Shown: positions 35,653-36,592 of the stretch, piece by piece
Layout of the letters: the number at the start of each line of letters is the position of its first letter
Numbering within the stretch: the first letter of the stretch is position 1
Virus record (IMG/VR): IMGVR_UViG_3300020045_011859
Coordinates: 1 to 36,592 of that record
Source: a virus
Lineage: Duplodnaviria > Caudoviricetes
Direction: 5' to 3' (one strand)
Length of the DNA stretch: 36,592 bases
Position numbers and translations under genes: made by a program
Notes under the pieces: model-generated
What the model saw: the letters and a program-made list of their open reading frames with translations, nothing else
Databases searched by the model: none
Told to the model about the DNA's origin: nothing

Positions 35653-36331
35653 ATTCGCAAACGTTTGGGAATTTACTTGATGAGAGAGGGGTAAATCGTG
35701 TACGCTTATGCCTGAGCTCATCAGCTGCTAATCGTTGCAAGCACGTGTCCCTGTCTGTATCGATAAAGATAATGTCTGCTCCAGTATTGTCCGCCGTTAG
35801 TTCACGTCGCCATTTATCGGGATACCCACCAATGATCCACGCTCTATCCCATCGTCCATAACGTGTTTTGATATTGTCCAATAGAAGGTTCTGTAGACCT
35901 CTGACATTGTACAATAACCCATCTGGCTTATCGTACCATTGAAGCCCCGAGATACTTGCGTAAAGAGAATCAATGTCGACGATCAAATCACCCGGCCACA
36001 TCCGTTCTTGCACAAATGTTTTCTTGCCTGCTAAAGGCGGACCAAATATCAGGTACGCTCCGCGTTCCATCTTGTATTGTCCATGCTTGTGAATGGTGTT
36101 ATGACATGAATGATGCACAAGTAGAACATTATCTGGATTAAGGCTGATCATAGCATCGATAACGTTATCCAGTGTCAGTTCAATAATATGATGCAGAGTA
36201 ACCTGATCCGCCCTCGCAACACGTTCATCACAGTGTTGGCAGATCAATCCCCTCTCGGCGATCACCATCAACCTGAAATTTCTCCAGGCATCTGATGCAT
36301 AGAATTTTTGAAGTTCACTATACTTGGCCAT
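35642..36331 (-). CDS. Packaging-associated HNH endonuclease with P-loop domain; C-terminus probably disrupted
   Basis: FYASDAWR, CQHC, LHHIIELT, NPDNVLLVHHSCHNTIH, GPPLAGKKT. Confidence 0.85.
   Translation of the reverse strand: MAKYSELQKFYASDAWRNFRLMVIAERGLICQHCDERVARADQVTLHHIIELTLDNVIDAMISLNPDNVLLVHHSCHNTIHKHGQYKMERGAYLIFGPPLAGKKTFVQERMWPGDLIVDIDSLYASISGLQWYDKPDGLLYNVRGLQNLLLDNIKTRYGRWDRAWIIGGYPDKWRRELTADNTGADIIFIDTDRDTCLQRLAADELRHKRTRFTPLSSSKFPNVCEFTL
35649..35676. repeat. 28-bp near-perfect palindrome, copy 2
   Basis: GTAAATTCGCA-AACGTT-TGGGAATTTAC with one mismatched pair. Confidence 0.85.
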
Positions 36332-36334
36332 AAC

Positions 36335-36592
36335 TCACCACGCCTTAAATTCAGATTCATTCTTGCGGATCTCCAGTTCTTTTCTCTTGATATCTAGCAT
36401 TTGAGGATTATCTGCATAATTCTCACGGTCTTTATTTTTCAGAAAAAAAGCTTGTGCCGCTGTCTCTGAAGGCTTGAATTTCTGCAGCCTCACGACCTCA
36501 ACCCGTTCATTACCTTCTTTGTCCTTAAGTTTGACTTGCTCATCGATATAGTAATAAAAACCCGTTGCATTCTTGAATAACGCGTTCTCCAC
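36335..36592 (-). CDS. Terminase small-subunit-like protein, 5'-truncated by the window edge
   Basis: VENALFKNATG...P..TAAQAFFLKNK pattern of HTH terS-like proteins. Upstream of HNH. Confidence 0.65.
   Translation of the reverse strand: MENALFKNATGFYYYIDEQVKLKDKEGNERVEVVRLQKFKPSETAAQAFFLKNKDRENYADNPQMLDIKRKELEIRKNESEFKAW

Noticed and set aside
1-36592. Alternative genetic code
   Set aside because: Conserved genes are intact under table 11 and all three stop codons end genes normally.

Overview
Most of a temperate HK97-like siphophage genome from a Firmicutes host, probably Clostridia. Gene order: 5'-truncated terminase large subunit, portal, prohead protease, capsid, neck, tail (with a -1 frameshifted chaperone), a separately promoted fibre/sialidase/lectin cassette, holin-amidase lysis genes, an accessory region (RHH regulator, PH-domain protein, HTH, orphan REC-XRE response regulator), attP (3' half of tRNA-Ser GGA), tyrosine integrase, cI/cro/xis switch, and an early operon (PcfK/PcfJ, DUF3102, Spo0E-like peptide, ASCH, radical SAM, second tyrosine recombinase, HUH Rep, DUF1064). 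The window ends with an HNH/terS-like pair in inverted orientation. attP is intact with phage genes on both sides, so this is the excised form. Strongest leads: (1) a 343-bp antisense HTH cassette bounded by 28-bp inverted repeats, with nine consecutive Phe codons and attenuator-like folding; (2) a kinase-less receiver-HTH regulator, a neighbouring Spo0A-box promoter and an unannotated Spo0E-like phosphatase; (3) a late promoter motif present three times; (4) two copies of a dif/parS-like palindrome, one near the strand switch. All family assignments come from recognising motifs by eye; no database searches were run.
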